Shown here piece after piece: positions 38,557-48,583 of a stretch of DNA of 64,000 nucleotides (its first letter is position 1; each line of letters starts with the position of its first letter). The position numbers and the translations under genes are program-made. Origin of the DNA: Minisyncoccia bacterium. GTDB lineage: Bacteria; Patescibacteriota; Minisyncoccia; Phycocordibacterales; UBA9973. The notes under the pieces were generated by a model. The model was not told the origin of the DNA, did not search any database, and saw only the letters and a program-made list of their open reading frames with translations. The stretch lies in the NCBI GenBank assembly GCA_039809265.1, contig JBDHUR010000003.1, positions 15,274 to 79,273 on the forward strand, given 5' to 3'.

Positions 38557-39861
38557 ATGAGAAGTCGGGATATACACAATTTAAGAAATTTTATTGTACT
38601 CCCGCTCTTAGCACTAGTGCTTTTTCTGCCTTTTGTTATGCGTGGTCAGACTGTTGATGAACTGCAGCAAAAAATAAATGCCCGAAATGCAGACATAGAA
38701 CGCTTGGAACAAGAGATAGCATCTTACCAAAAACAGCTTGACACAACAGGTAAAGAAAAAGATACACTTGCCAAATCCATAAAACAGTTAGACCTAAACA
38801 AAAAATCCATTCTTGCAGAAATAGAAATCTTAAATGACAAGATAGACAGCAAGAACGAAGAGTTGGAAAATCTTGGCGGACAAATAGATGAAACATCCAA
38901 ACAGATAGACGTAAATACCGAAGTTGTAAAAAGCATGATCCGCAGGCTACGAGAGCAAGGCGATCAATCTCTCTTGTCATATATCATAGGAGGTTCTTCT
39001 ATCAGCGATGTTTGGAAAGAGATAGACAATATAACTGCGTTCAATGCTGAGTTATCTAACACAACTTCAATGTTGGATAATTCTAAAACAAGATTAGAAC
39101 TTCATCATAGCGAAATTGAGAAAGTAAAAACAGAATTAGAAGGCTTAAAAGCTGACCAAAACGACCAGAAGAAAATAGTAGATCAAAACACTTCAGAAAA
39201 AAATGCTTTACTCAAAGAAACAAAAAATAAAGAATCTGAATATCAGAAAATCCTAGCCGAGAAACAGAAACAGAAAGACCAGTTTGCCAGTGAAATACGG
39301 GAGTATGAAAACAAGATTTCCTTCATTTTAGATCCGTCAAAACTCCCTCAAAGCGGGCAGGGGACTTTAAGCTGGCCTCTGGACAATGTAGTAATAACTC
39401 AGCTTTTTGGTAAAACTGTTGCGGCACAAAGACTTTATACTTCAGGCACGCACAATGGTATAGATTTAGGGACAAAAATAGGTACACCGGTAAAGGCCAT
39501 GGCTGATGGTGTGATTATAGGCACAGGAGATACAGATGTACAATGTAAAGGTGTTTCTTTCGGCCGTTTTATAACTATTAAGTATGACAATGGCTTATCT
39601 AGTACTTTTGGACACCTTAGCGTTGTACGGGTAAGCAATGGCGATAGAGTAACCCGCGGACAAGTAGTTGGACTTTCTGGAAATACTGGCTACTCTACTG
39701 GCCCACATCTGCATGTCTCTGTTTACGCCAACGGATCTGTAGAAGTTAAGACTTTACCATCGTTGTCCTGTAAAGGGAAAGTTTTAACACAGCCGATAGC
39801 TGCGACCAACGGCTATTTAGACCCCATGCTCTACTTGCCGCCAGTACCGGCAAAAAATTAA
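38557..39861 (+). CDS. Coiled-coil M23 peptidase (EnvC-like)
   Basis: Signal/TM segment, long coiled coil, HNGID and GPHLH zinc motifs intact. Confidence 0.9.
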   Translation: MRSRDIHNLRNFIVLPLLALVLFLPFVMRGQTVDELQQKINARNADIERLEQEIASYQKQLDTTGKEKDTLAKSIKQLDLNKKSILAEIEILNDKIDSKNEELENLGGQIDETSKQIDVNTEVVKSMIRRLREQGDQSLLSYIIGGSSISDVWKEIDNITAFNAELSNTTSMLDNSKTRLELHHSEIEKVKTELEGLKADQNDQKKIVDQNTSEKNALLKETKNKESEYQKILAEKQKQKDQFASEIREYENKISFILDPSKLPQSGQGTLSWPLDNVVITQLFGKTVAAQRLYTSGTHNGIDLGTKIGTPVKAMADGVIIGTGDTDVQCKGVSFGRFITIKYDNGLSSTFGHLSVVRVSNGDRVTRGQVVGLSGNTGYSTGPHLHVSVYANGSVEVKTLPSLSCKGKVLTQPIAATNGYLDPMLYLPPVPAKN

Positions 39862-39864
39862 TCT

Positions 39865-40881
39865 ATGCTTAAAAAAGTAAGACATTTCTATGAAAAATAC
39901 GAGATACCGCTTTCTTACGGCTCTCTTTTTTTGGGCTTCATCATAGATTCATTCACACTAACAAGAGTGGACAGAATGTTTGATCTTTTTTGGGTTTTAG
40001 GACACGTAATGGTGGCTTCTATCGCTTTAATAATATTCAATAAATTTTATACTAAACCGAAAATAAAATTCTTAGCTGAGCTAGCTATCCAGTTTGCTTT
40101 TGGAGGACTCCTAAGTGCATGTTTGGTATTTTATGCAAGAGGTGCAACACTTTCATATAACTGGCCTTTTATACTCATCTTGCTAGCTGCTTTTGTCTGC
40201 AGCGAATATTTCAAAAAACATTTTGAGAAAATGGCGTTGCAAGTCTCATTTCTATTTTTTGCATTATTCTCTTTTAGCATATTCTTTGTGCCAGTCATTA
40301 TAGGTAGAATAGGGGATATTATATTTATCTTATCCGGCATTATGAGTCTGATTTTTATAAGCATTTTTCTCGCCATCCTATACGGCACAACTAAAGAAAA
40401 ATTTAAGGAAAGCAGGAAATATGTTTTTATATCAATTATCGGAATTTTTGTTTCAATAAATATTCTTTACTTTACAAATCTCATTCCGCCATTACCGCTT
40501 TCACTCAAAGACGCTGGCGCATATACAAATATTATAAAAACAAATGACGGATATGTGCTAGAGGGCGAGCAGAACACTTTTGCTACGCTTCATGGCCTGC
40601 GCCTAAAGCATTTCTCCTACAATGACAATATATACGTCTACACAGCTATATTTGCTCCAGCAAATATAAGTATCCCTATAGTTCACGAATGGCAATACTA
40701 TGATACTACAGCAAAAAAATGGAAAACTCACAGTACTATAAAACTTAAAATCATAGGCGGAAGAGATGAAGGTTTTCGTACTTACTCCAAATCTTATTCA
40801 CAAAGCAAAGGAAAATGGCGTGTAAACGTACGCACCGAACCTGGCGCACTTATTGGGCGTGTGCAGTTTGTAGTAGAATAG
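39865..40881 (+). CDS. Multi-TM membrane protein with DUF2914-like C-terminal domain
   Basis: About 7 TM; YTAIFAP, HEWQ, GGRDEGFRTYS, GKWRVNV. Confidence 0.7.
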   Translation: MLKKVRHFYEKYEIPLSYGSLFLGFIIDSFTLTRVDRMFDLFWVLGHVMVASIALIIFNKFYTKPKIKFLAELAIQFAFGGLLSACLVFYARGATLSYNWPFILILLAAFVCSEYFKKHFEKMALQVSFLFFALFSFSIFFVPVIIGRIGDIIFILSGIMSLIFISIFLAILYGTTKEKFKESRKYVFISIIGIFVSINILYFTNLIPPLPLSLKDAGAYTNIIKTNDGYVLEGEQNTFATLHGLRLKHFSYNDNIYVYTAIFAPANISIPIVHEWQYYDTTAKKWKTHSTIKLKIIGGRDEGFRTYSKSYSQSKGKWRVNVRTEPGALIGRVQFVVE

Positions 40882-40969
40882 TAGTTTACATTGCCAAAAG
40901 TTTTGTGGTATAATGGAGCTGGTTTAGTGAACATTATTAATTTATCCATAAATAATAAAATAAATTTAT

Positions 40970-41230
40970 ATGGCAGAAAAGAAAATAAATAGTGCTTTTA
41001 TGAAGCCTTTGGCTGTTAGTGATGAACTTTCCCTCGTAGTAGGTAAAGGTCCGATGCCAAGAAGCGAAGTTGTAAAGAAGCTTTGGGATTATATCAAGAA
41101 AAATAAGCTTCAAGATGAGAAGAACAAGCGTAACATAAACGCTGACGATAAGCTTAAAAAGGTCTTTGGTGGAAAGGGAACAGTTTCTATGTTTGAGATG
41201 ACAAAGCTCGTTTCCAAGCACCTATCATAA
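40970..41230 (+). CDS. Stand-alone SWIB/MDM2 domain protein
   Basis: SDELSLVVG.GPMPRSEVVKKLWDYIKKNKLQD...INADDKL...SMFEMTKLVSKHL. Confidence 0.93.
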   Translation: MAEKKINSAFMKPLAVSDELSLVVGKGPMPRSEVVKKLWDYIKKNKLQDEKNKRNINADDKLKKVFGGKGTVSMFEMTKLVSKHLS

Positions 41231-41248
41231 AGATTTAATTCTTTATCT

Positions 41249-41288
41249 AAAATAAAACCCGCGTTTTTAAAAACGCGGGTTTTATTTT
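41249..41288. terminator. Perfect 40-bp palindrome / terminator
   Basis: AAAATAAAACCCGCGTTTTT|AAAAACGCGGGTTTTATTTT. Confidence 0.75.
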
Positions 41289-41521
41289 TTCTTAAGTAGA
41301 TAAGAAAGAACATATGCAAGTTTTAAGCTATATTCACACAAAGCCTTTTTGAGAGTATGATAACCTACAGGGAAAGGGAGTATAAAACAGAGTTAAAAGT
41401 ATTTAAATGCTTGGCGGACACTGTTAGATTTAATTTTATTTGAGCGAGCTTAGTGTCGCACAATATATCTTTGCGGTAATACCACTACTACAGGAAGAAT
41501 TAGCCATAAATATAAATACCG

Positions 41522-41977
41522 CTAAGACTGAATGCATTCGTTATAAACATTCACTTGTGCATTATATTGAGCCACAGAATCTTTCTCATTCTTTACCATT
41601 TCGTTAAACCCTGCTACTTTTTCATTGAAAGCGTTCACGTCGTCTTCTTTTGAGCCATCTGCCAAGACTTTGTCTTTAAGATCATTTAGCTCTTTTTCCA
41701 TGCTACCGAGATTGTCCTCTAAGACTGCTATGTGCTGTTTTAGATCTTCTGATGCCGGCATACATCCATTTGTATCTGTGGTGGTGCTACTATTATTACC
41801 GTTATTTTGGCTTGACGTACCATTTTGAGCTGATGGATCTATAAGCTCACTAGCAGCCTCCAGCGCATTCTTGTTGATAAATCTGTGATACAAGTCTACG
41901 ATCTGACCTTTAAGCACATATAATGTGCACAAAACAAAAACTATTATTAGAATATTTATAAAAAGTCTTGATTTCAT
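41522..41977 (-). CDS. Membrane-anchored coiled-coil hypothetical protein
   Basis: Start at MKSRLFINIL; N-terminal TM, low-complexity linker, helical C-terminus. Confidence 0.65.
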   Translation of the reverse strand: MKSRLFINILIIVFVLCTLYVLKGQIVDLYHRFINKNALEAASELIDPSAQNGTSSQNNGNNSSTTTDTNGCMPASEDLKQHIAVLEDNLGSMEKELNDLKDKVLADGSKEDDVNAFNEKVAGFNEMVKNEKDSVAQYNAQVNVYNECIQS

Positions 41978-41981
41978 ATTT

Positions 41982-42431
41982 TTATTTACATGAAGTTGAT
42001 TTGGTATAACCCTTGGCCTCGGCTTCTTCTTCTGTTGCAAAATAGATCTTATTTGTCTCAGATAAGCTTTTGGCGCCAGAGCACCACGTATAATAATATT
42101 TCGTACCTTTCTTGGAAGCAACAATTTGTTTCTGAAGTTCCGTTGGCTGGCTATTTGCACCCTCCACTAATTTTTCTGTCTGACTTGACACAATAGACGA
42201 AGTATTGTCGGATGATGTTTTGACAATATTTGCTGTATTTTGAACCAAACCCTGCATGTCTCTAGGATAGACCAAAGACACTGGAGAAGCCCCGGAACGA
42301 GCCATAGAGAGCCTGCCAAGTCCAAAAGCAGCTACAGCTACCAAAACAAGAGTTATAACGATATAAACATCCTTCCCTGTTTCTGAGCCGGCTAAACCCT
42401 TGATTTTTTGGCTAAAATCTTTTATACTCAT
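41982..42431 (-). CDS. Membrane-anchored protein with Ada-like metal-binding C-terminus
   Basis: TM VAAFGLGRL; VASKKGTKYYYTWCSGA...NKIYF..EEEAEAKGY...C. Confidence 0.75.
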   Translation of the reverse strand: MSIKDFSQKIKGLAGSETGKDVYIVITLVLVAVAAFGLGRLSMARSGASPVSLVYPRDMQGLVQNTANIVKTSSDNTSSIVSSQTEKLVEGANSQPTELQKQIVASKKGTKYYYTWCSGAKSLSETNKIYFATEEEAEAKGYTKSTSCK

Positions 42432-42504
42432 CCTATCTTGATTATAAGTAATAAAAAGATGCTTGGCTAGTTGATTCCTCGTGGAATAGGCCAAAAACAC
42501 ATTT

Positions 42505-42777
42505 ATGGCACATAGAAAAGCGGGCGGTTCCGCTAAAAACCTAAAAGATTCAAATCCCAAGTATTTGGGCACGAAGCTATATGATGGCCAAAAGACAAAA
42601 GCAGGCCAAGTAATAGTACGACAGCGAGGCACAAAAATCATGGCCGGAGTAGGAGTTGGTGTCGGGAGAGATCATACATTGTTTGCATTAAAAGAAGGTA
42701 CTGTGAAGTTCAAAGATACACGCAAAGTACACTTCAACGGCAAAACAATAGCCAAGAAAACAGCAAATGTTATTTAA
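42505..42777 (+). CDS. rpmA: 50S ribosomal protein L27
   Basis: [25 protein letters not shown]. Confidence 0.98.
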   Translation: MAHRKAGGSAKNLKDSNPKYLGTKLYDGQKTKAGQVIVRQRGTKIMAGVGVGVGRDHTLFALKEGTVKFKDTRKVHFNGKTIAKKTANVI

Positions 42778-42808
42778 TAAAAATTCCCCGGATCGGGGAA
42801 TTTTTATT
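42776..42808. terminator. Bidirectional terminator rpmA/rplI
   Basis: AATAAAAATTCCCCG-GAT-CGGGGAATTTTTATT. Confidence 0.75.
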
Positions 42809-43249
42809 TTATATGTTCTTAATTTCTACAGAAAACTCTGTCTTCTTGCCAAGTATCTCTACGCAAACTTTGTAGTCACCAAGCTCCTTTATGGGTTTTT
42901 CTAAAATTATAAACTTCGGATCTATTTCTATCTTTTTCTTAGCGAGTTCTTCAGCCAAATCTTCCTTGTGAATACTGGAGAATAAATGCCCAGCTTCATT
43001 TGCTTTTCGCTCCAGAAATATTTGGACGTCTTTTACCTGTGATAAATTCTTCATAAGCAGGTCTTTTTGAACTTCCTTTTTTACAACCACAGCTTGCTTC
43101 ATGGTGCGGATTTTCTCCACAGCTTTATCTGTTGCAATTTCTACAAGCTTTTTAGGAAGCAAGAAATTGTGCGCGTATCCATCCTGCACATCCTTAACGT
43201 CGTGCTTCTTGGCAACACCTTTGACATCCTGCAGGAATATAACCTTCAT
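42809..43249 (-). CDS. rplI: 50S ribosomal protein L9
   Basis: [33 protein letters not shown]. Confidence 0.96.
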   Translation of the reverse strand: MKVIFLQDVKGVAKKHDVKDVQDGYAHNFLLPKKLVEIATDKAVEKIRTMKQAVVVKKEVQKDLLMKNLSQVKDVQIFLERKANEAGHLFSSIHKEDLAEELAKKKIEIDPKFIILEKPIKELGDYKVCVEILGKKTEFSVEIKNI

Positions 43250-43265
43250 ATGAAGATATACTACA

Positions 43266-44483
43266 CTATTTGTTCAAGAATTCAACAGCCTTATCCATTT
43301 GCGGATCTTTCTTGTTTTTTGCGTCATCTTCTGTAAATGGAACTTTGATATCTGGCTCTATGCCTTTCTCTGAGATTGAAACACCTTTTGGTGTAAGCCA
43401 TTTTGCAATAGTGACTTTCAAAGATGTGTCGTCTGTAACATTTACTACTTCTTGAACTGAACCTTTACCATAAGTGGTATCACCGACAAGTGTAGCCTTG
43501 TCATTATCTTTCAGCGCGCCAGCCAAAATCTCTGAAGCAGAAGCAGAGCCACCGTCTACAAGGATCACTAGCTTCAGCTGGTTTGTAAATACATCATAGC
43601 CTTTAGATCGGTGGACTATTGTGTCTCCATTTTTACCAAAATCTTCCGACACTACAACATCACCCGATGGCAAGAACCAGCTAGCCATGTCTATGGCAGC
43701 ATCAAGATACCCGCCCGGGTTGCCTCGCAAGTCTATGATAAGCTTTGAAGAACCGCTGTCAGCAAACTCTTTCAAAGCATTGCGGAAAAGTTTTGGTGAA
43801 TTTGCAGAAAAACTGTACAAACTTATAACAAAGACTCCATCATCGCGCTTTTTTGTATCTATCACAGGTGCTTCTATCGTGTCACGGACAATACTGATTT
43901 CTTTTGGAGAAGTCAGTCCTTTACGAACTACTGTCAGCTTTACTGTTGTCCCCTTCTCTCCGCGTATCAGCTTTACAGCTTCGTCCACGCTCAATCCAGA
44001 TGTTACTTTATCGTCAATCTTTAGTATCTGGTCACCAGATTGCATTCCTGCTTTTTCGGAAGGAGAACCTTTCAGAGGAGATATAACTGTCAATATGCTG
44101 TCTTTTATATCCACTTCCATGCCAACACCACTAAACTCGCCACTAATGGTTTCGTTGAACGATTTATTTTCTTCTGGATCAAAAAATACAGTGTATGGAT
44201 CACCATACGATGCAGCCAAACCTTTTATCGCACCATATATGCGTTCTTTGTTTGTTACTTTATCTGCGTCTGGATACTTTTTATTCAAAATATCCCAAAC
44301 TTGCCAAAAAGGCTCAAAATCTTCTTGGGATGCGCCGGTATCTGTCGGCGGAGTTTTGTTTATAACAGAAGCTACTCGTTCTACATAAGGACGCCTATTG
44401 TAACCAAAGTAACTACCAGCAAAAAATGCCAGAACTATAGCGATAACTGCACACGAGATAAAAAATGTTTTGTCTTTTTTCAT
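43266..44483 (-). CDS. Carboxy-terminal processing protease (S41, CtpA-like)
   Basis: DPYT, PDZ domain, [21 protein letters not shown]. Confidence 0.95.
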   Translation of the reverse strand: MKKDKTFFISCAVIAIVLAFFAGSYFGYNRRPYVERVASVINKTPPTDTGASQEDFEPFWQVWDILNKKYPDADKVTNKERIYGAIKGLAASYGDPYTVFFDPEENKSFNETISGEFSGVGMEVDIKDSILTVISPLKGSPSEKAGMQSGDQILKIDDKVTSGLSVDEAVKLIRGEKGTTVKLTVVRKGLTSPKEISIVRDTIEAPVIDTKKRDDGVFVISLYSFSANSPKLFRNALKEFADSGSSKLIIDLRGNPGGYLDAAIDMASWFLPSGDVVVSEDFGKNGDTIVHRSKGYDVFTNQLKLVILVDGGSASASEILAGALKDNDKATLVGDTTYGKGSVQEVVNVTDDTSLKVTIAKWLTPKGVSISEKGIEPDIKVPFTEDDAKNKKDPQMDKAVEFLNK

Positions 44484-44495
44484 AAAATAATTTGC

Positions 44496-45704
44496 TTAAG
44501 ATGAAAGTAATGCAGATGCAGTGTAAGTGTTTGCTGCATCCCATAACAGCCAGGAATTTAAGCCTACATCATAGGTTGCTTGCATTTGAGTACGCACCAT
44601 ATCGGCAGTGTATGTCGCACCCAAGTTAAAATCTTGAATCCATGGACGAAGTTTGGCTGGATCCTCGCCTATAGCTTTCGCTCGCGCCACAGCTCCTTCC
44701 ATGGAAGTCTTTACTATCTCGTACGGATGTTTTGCTGGCTCGGCTATGTTATAAGAACCTTTGGCATAATGAGACGGATACACCATTGGACATATGTAGT
44801 CAAAATATGGCAAAGCTTTCTCTAATACTTGGCCAATACCAAGGTCGTCTTTTGAAGTTGTAACCAAACCAAACATATCTGCAGATGTTTTTATTCCACT
44901 ATCTTTCAAAGCTTCATGTAGGTGTTCATAAAAATTTTTCATTATATCTGCGCGAGTAATTGTACCACCCTCATTTGGATATGCAATATCTTTCATGTTT
45001 CCATCAGAAGGAAAACGAATGTAGTCAAAATTTATTTCATCAAAACCCATTGCATAAGATTCGTTCGCAATATCTACTATGTATTTCCATACATCTTCAT
45101 TTGAAGGGTCTAAAAAACTCAAACCTTTATTGTCTTTCCAAACAGCTCCGGTTGATTTTGTTTTTATAGCCCAGTCTGGATTTAGTTTTGCCATATATGG
45201 GTCTTGAAAAACAGTTAGCCTGCCAACCACATATATACCCTTGCTGTGTAAATCAGCTATGAGTTTTTTTGGGGCTGCTATTCTTTTCTCTGTTGACTTA
45301 TATTGAGTAATGTCTGGATTTTTCATCTCAAAAGAGATTTTTCCAGTTGAGTCTTTTATGTCTATCACTACAGTATTTAACTCTGTAGTATCCACCATTT
45401 TTACAATTTTGGAAAACAGATTTGCCGAGCCAGCAACCCAGCTAGACACATATACACCCTTGACCTCACTCGGTGTTTCGATGTGCGTAACAACAACAGC
45501 ATCTTCCCCAGACAGAAAAGACATTTCTGTCTTTTCTGGTACACTCACCATTTCTTCTAAGGTATTTCCACCAGAATTTCCTACACCAGCAGTATTCGCT
45601 GTGTATCTTATTGAAGCAATGTCTGGCTCAAAAAATGCATACGAAACAAAAGCTGCCGCTACAGCAATAAGAACAGCAGCAAATATCAATAATTTTTTAT
45701 TCAT
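44496..45704 (-). CDS. Putative glycoside hydrolase (DUF4015-like TIM barrel)
   Basis: NTVVIDIKD, FQDP, GFDEINFDYIRFP, PMVYPSHY, RPWIQDF. Confidence 0.8.
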   Translation of the reverse strand: MNKKLLIFAAVLIAVAAAFVSYAFFEPDIASIRYTANTAGVGNSGGNTLEEMVSVPEKTEMSFLSGEDAVVVTHIETPSEVKGVYVSSWVAGSANLFSKIVKMVDTTELNTVVIDIKDSTGKISFEMKNPDITQYKSTEKRIAAPKKLIADLHSKGIYVVGRLTVFQDPYMAKLNPDWAIKTKSTGAVWKDNKGLSFLDPSNEDVWKYIVDIANESYAMGFDEINFDYIRFPSDGNMKDIAYPNEGGTITRADIMKNFYEHLHEALKDSGIKTSADMFGLVTTSKDDLGIGQVLEKALPYFDYICPMVYPSHYAKGSYNIAEPAKHPYEIVKTSMEGAVARAKAIGEDPAKLRPWIQDFNLGATYTADMVRTQMQATYDVGLNSWLLWDAANTYTASALLSS

Positions 45705-46134
45705 GTATATTTTCTACTCCTTGCTGGTAAGGATATGTGGATGAAACCCTGTACTGCTTGTGGGGCGCAACTTCTTGCTCTTGATTATTTTCTGATTCAG
45801 CATTTTCAGAAATATCTGGAACCTCCCTTTCTATAACACGCACAACTCTCCTCCTGCGAATGCGCGGAGGTGCCGCCTGCTCAGGTGCTTCAGACCCTGC
45901 AGTACCATACATATCAGCAATGTCTGTATTGGGGCGTTGCTCTACAAAAGACTGTGATGTATTGCGCAGCTTGGCCAAGAAGTCTCGTCTTTCCCTATAT
46001 AACAAATATCCTACAGTAAAGATTAAAAGCCCTATAATAGCTAAAACTATTCTCTTCCAGAAAAATGGAACCCCAAAGAATGGAAAGATTGCAGTAAAAA
46101 GTCCTAGTATACAGATGATCCGTTGTTTGAGCAT
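45697..46134 (-). CDS. Hypothetical membrane protein (2 TM plus disordered tail)
   Basis: Start at MLKQRIICILG; overlaps the next gene by 8 nt. Confidence 0.65.
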   Translation of the reverse strand: MLKQRIICILGLFTAIFPFFGVPFFWKRIVLAIIGLLIFTVGYLLYRERRDFLAKLRNTSQSFVEQRPNTDIADMYGTAGSEAPEQAAPPRIRRRRVVRVIEREVPDISENAESENNQEQEVAPHKQYRVSSTYPYQQGVENIHE

Positions 46135-46204
46135 GTTTGTGATGAAAAATAATTTATATAAATGTATTATACACGAAAAATAAGAAAAGCTATGTGAATT
46201 AGGC

Positions 46205-46843
46205 ATGGACGAAGGCAGAGATGCGCTTTACTTTATGCGAGCGCGGTATTATAATGCCGACAGGGGCAGGTTTTTATCAGAAGACCCTGTGTGGGATGAA
46301 AACCTGTTCCCTTATGGTAACAACAATCCCGCAACTAATATTGATCCGAATGGAGATTGTCCTATTTGTTTGGTTTTAGGTGAAGCTGGGTTTGGTATTG
46401 CAACAGGTTACGGCATTGCGAAACTAACAGGACAAGATTATACTTGGAAAAACGCTGTTGTTGATGGTGCATTAGGTGCTATTACTGCGGGGGCAAGTAT
46501 TTATGCAGGGATAGCTAAGATTGGGGCAAAGGGAGGTATTGCAAGTTCTAGAGCATTAGGTAGAGCAATGGAAGAATCGTTGGGGATGCTTAAATCAAAA
46601 ACTTCTATTAATATCGGAGGTAAAATTAGATTCCCCGATAGATTAACAAATGGATTTTTGGAAGAAGCTAAAAATGTTGCGCATTTAAATTTTACAAGAC
46701 AACTAAAGGATTATTTAAAATATTCTCAGGATAATGGTTTGCAGATGATTTTACATACAAGGGGAAGTACAACTTTCTCCAAAACTCTTCAAAAGCTAAT
46801 TGATGACGGTATTATTATTCATAAAAAAGTGCCTGGGTTTTAA
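46205..46843 (+). CDS. Orphan Rhs toxin tip: Rhs core end plus restriction-endonuclease-fold toxin (Tox-REase-7-like)
   Basis: LYFMRARYY...GRFLSEDP...YGNNNP...IDPNG; C-terminal RFPD...EAKNV...FTRQLKDY. Confidence 0.85.
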   Translation: MDEGRDALYFMRARYYNADRGRFLSEDPVWDENLFPYGNNNPATNIDPNGDCPICLVLGEAGFGIATGYGIAKLTGQDYTWKNAVVDGALGAITAGASIYAGIAKIGAKGGIASSRALGRAMEESLGMLKSKTSINIGGKIRFPDRLTNGFLEEAKNVAHLNFTRQLKDYLKYSQDNGLQMILHTRGSTTFSKTLQKLIDDGIIIHKKVPGF

Positions 46844-46856
46844 TATATAAATTTTT

Positions 46857-47453
46857 ATGACTGATTTAAATATTTTAGAAAAACGTTGGGCAGAATTAGC
46901 CAGTAAGCCAAAGTCAAAAGAAGAAATCGAGGAAGTATTGCTACTTGGTAAGAAAATTGAGTTAGAGCGAGCAAAAGAATATAAAGGATTAATTAATGAG
47001 CTTGCAGGTATAGGCATAAATATAACATCAATTTGGGATTTAGTAAATACAAAAGCTAAATATCCCGATGCCATTACATACTTATTAAAATATTTACCAA
47101 TGGTTACTTACGAAAGGAATAAAGAGGGTATAATAAGAGCCTTAACTGTCTCTGAAGCAAAAGGAGTAGCAATTCCAGTTCTTTTAAATGAATATTTAAA
47201 ATTACCTAAAGAAAAGGAAAATTTAAGATGGATAATTGGCAATGCTGTGAATGTAATTGCTACAAAAAATGATGTGGAGACAATAATCCCCATTGTTTTG
47301 GATAAAGAAAATGGGCCATCAAGACAAATGTTCGTATCGGCATTAGGTAAAATAAAAAATGAAAAAATAAAAAATGTGTTACTTCAACTAATTAATGATG
47401 ATGATAAGGTTATTAGGGATGAGGCTCAAAAAGTCTTGAAGAAGTTTAAATAA
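46857..47453 (+). CDS. HEAT-repeat protein, probable cognate immunity protein
   Basis: 13 nt after the toxin; helical repeats, ALGKIK...LLQLINDDDKVIRDEAQKVL. Confidence 0.7.
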   Translation: MTDLNILEKRWAELASKPKSKEEIEEVLLLGKKIELERAKEYKGLINELAGIGINITSIWDLVNTKAKYPDAITYLLKYLPMVTYERNKEGIIRALTVSEAKGVAIPVLLNEYLKLPKEKENLRWIIGNAVNVIATKNDVETIIPIVLDKENGPSRQMFVSALGKIKNEKIKNVLLQLINDDDKVIRDEAQKVLKKFK

Positions 47454-47482
47454 AAGAGTTTTAAATTCAAAACAGAATAAAA

Positions 47483-47847
47483 ATGAAAAGAATACCGATA
47501 GTAATGCTTTACTTGCTGACTTCGTTGGGGGCATACAGTCAAGGTAAAAAATCATACTCATATGAGTTTGATAACATACACCGCGTTATCAAAGAATCCT
47601 ACTCACCTGAGTGCAAGTTTATAACCTACACTTACGATAATGACGGAAACCGTTTATTAGAATCTAAAAAATACTTTACGTTTAACGTAAATCAACAAAA
47701 TATAACCTGCCAAAACCCAACAGGCAGCATAATACTAACACCCACCTCAACGGGTGTTTATTCATACCAGTGGAGTAGTGGAGCAACAGGAAACACAGGA
47801 ACTAATTTAACACAAGGGGTAAACACTGTTACTATAACAGAAAGCAA
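47483..47847 (+). pseudogene. Truncated secreted protein fragment (signal peptide, YD-like motif, one SprB-like repeat)
   Basis: MKRIPIVMLYLLTSLGAYSQ; YTYDNDGNR; NITCQNPTGSI...YSYQWSSGATG...NL..G..TVTITES; then runs into the antisense rsmI stop. Confidence 0.6.
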
Positions 47848-48531
47848 CTACAATGGTGCAACCATTACCACAAACTCGCCGCGGATTTTAGATTTGTTTT
47901 CTGCAAAATACCTTTTGACATAGTCAATATCTCCTTTGACAAATTCTTCATAAAGTTTTGTCATCTCTCTAGCGATCACAACTTCCCTGCCCTTATTCAA
48001 AACTTTTGCAAGCGACTCAAGTGTTTTTTCTATTCTATGCGTAGATTCATAAAAGACAGACACATCCTTTGCTTCGCGAAGCTTTGCAAATATAGTCTCA
48101 CGACCCTTTTTGTGTGGCAAAAATCCAAAGAAATGAAACTCTGCTGTGGATAAACCGGAAGCAGAAAGTGCAGAGACTAGAGCACTAGGTCCTGGAACAG
48201 GAATTACTTTGCACTCTGGTAAATCTCTGTGGACATGTTCCACGAGCAGAACTCCTGGGTCAGAAATGGCAGGTGTGCCAGCATCTGAAACCAAGGATAA
48301 AGTCTTACCTTCCTCAAGCATTTGCAAAATGTCTTTTTCCTTATTCAAAGAGCTATTCGCATGGTAGCTCATGGTTTTGGTTTTTATATCGTAATGATAT
48401 AGAAGTTTCTTTGTAACACGAGTATCTTCACACAGAACAAGATCAGACTCGGCAAGCACGCGAATAGCCCGAAGAGTTATATCCTCCAAGTTGCCTATGG
48501 GTGTTGCTACTATGTATAGTATTCCTGCCAT
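47848..48531 (-). CDS. rsmI: 16S rRNA (cytidine1402-2'-O)-methyltransferase
   Basis: LYIVATPIGNLEDITLRA, CEDTR, SDAGTPAISDPG, AREMTK. Confidence 0.96.
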   Translation of the reverse strand: MAGILYIVATPIGNLEDITLRAIRVLAESDLVLCEDTRVTKKLLYHYDIKTKTMSYHANSSLNKEKDILQMLEEGKTLSLVSDAGTPAISDPGVLLVEHVHRDLPECKVIPVPGPSALVSALSASGLSTAEFHFFGFLPHKKGRETIFAKLREAKDVSVFYESTHRIEKTLESLAKVLNKGREVVIAREMTKLYEEFVKGDIDYVKRYFAENKSKIRGEFVVMVAPL

Positions 48532-48583
48532 ATATAAATACGCGTCACGCAAGTGTATTATAACATGTTATAATACATAGAGT

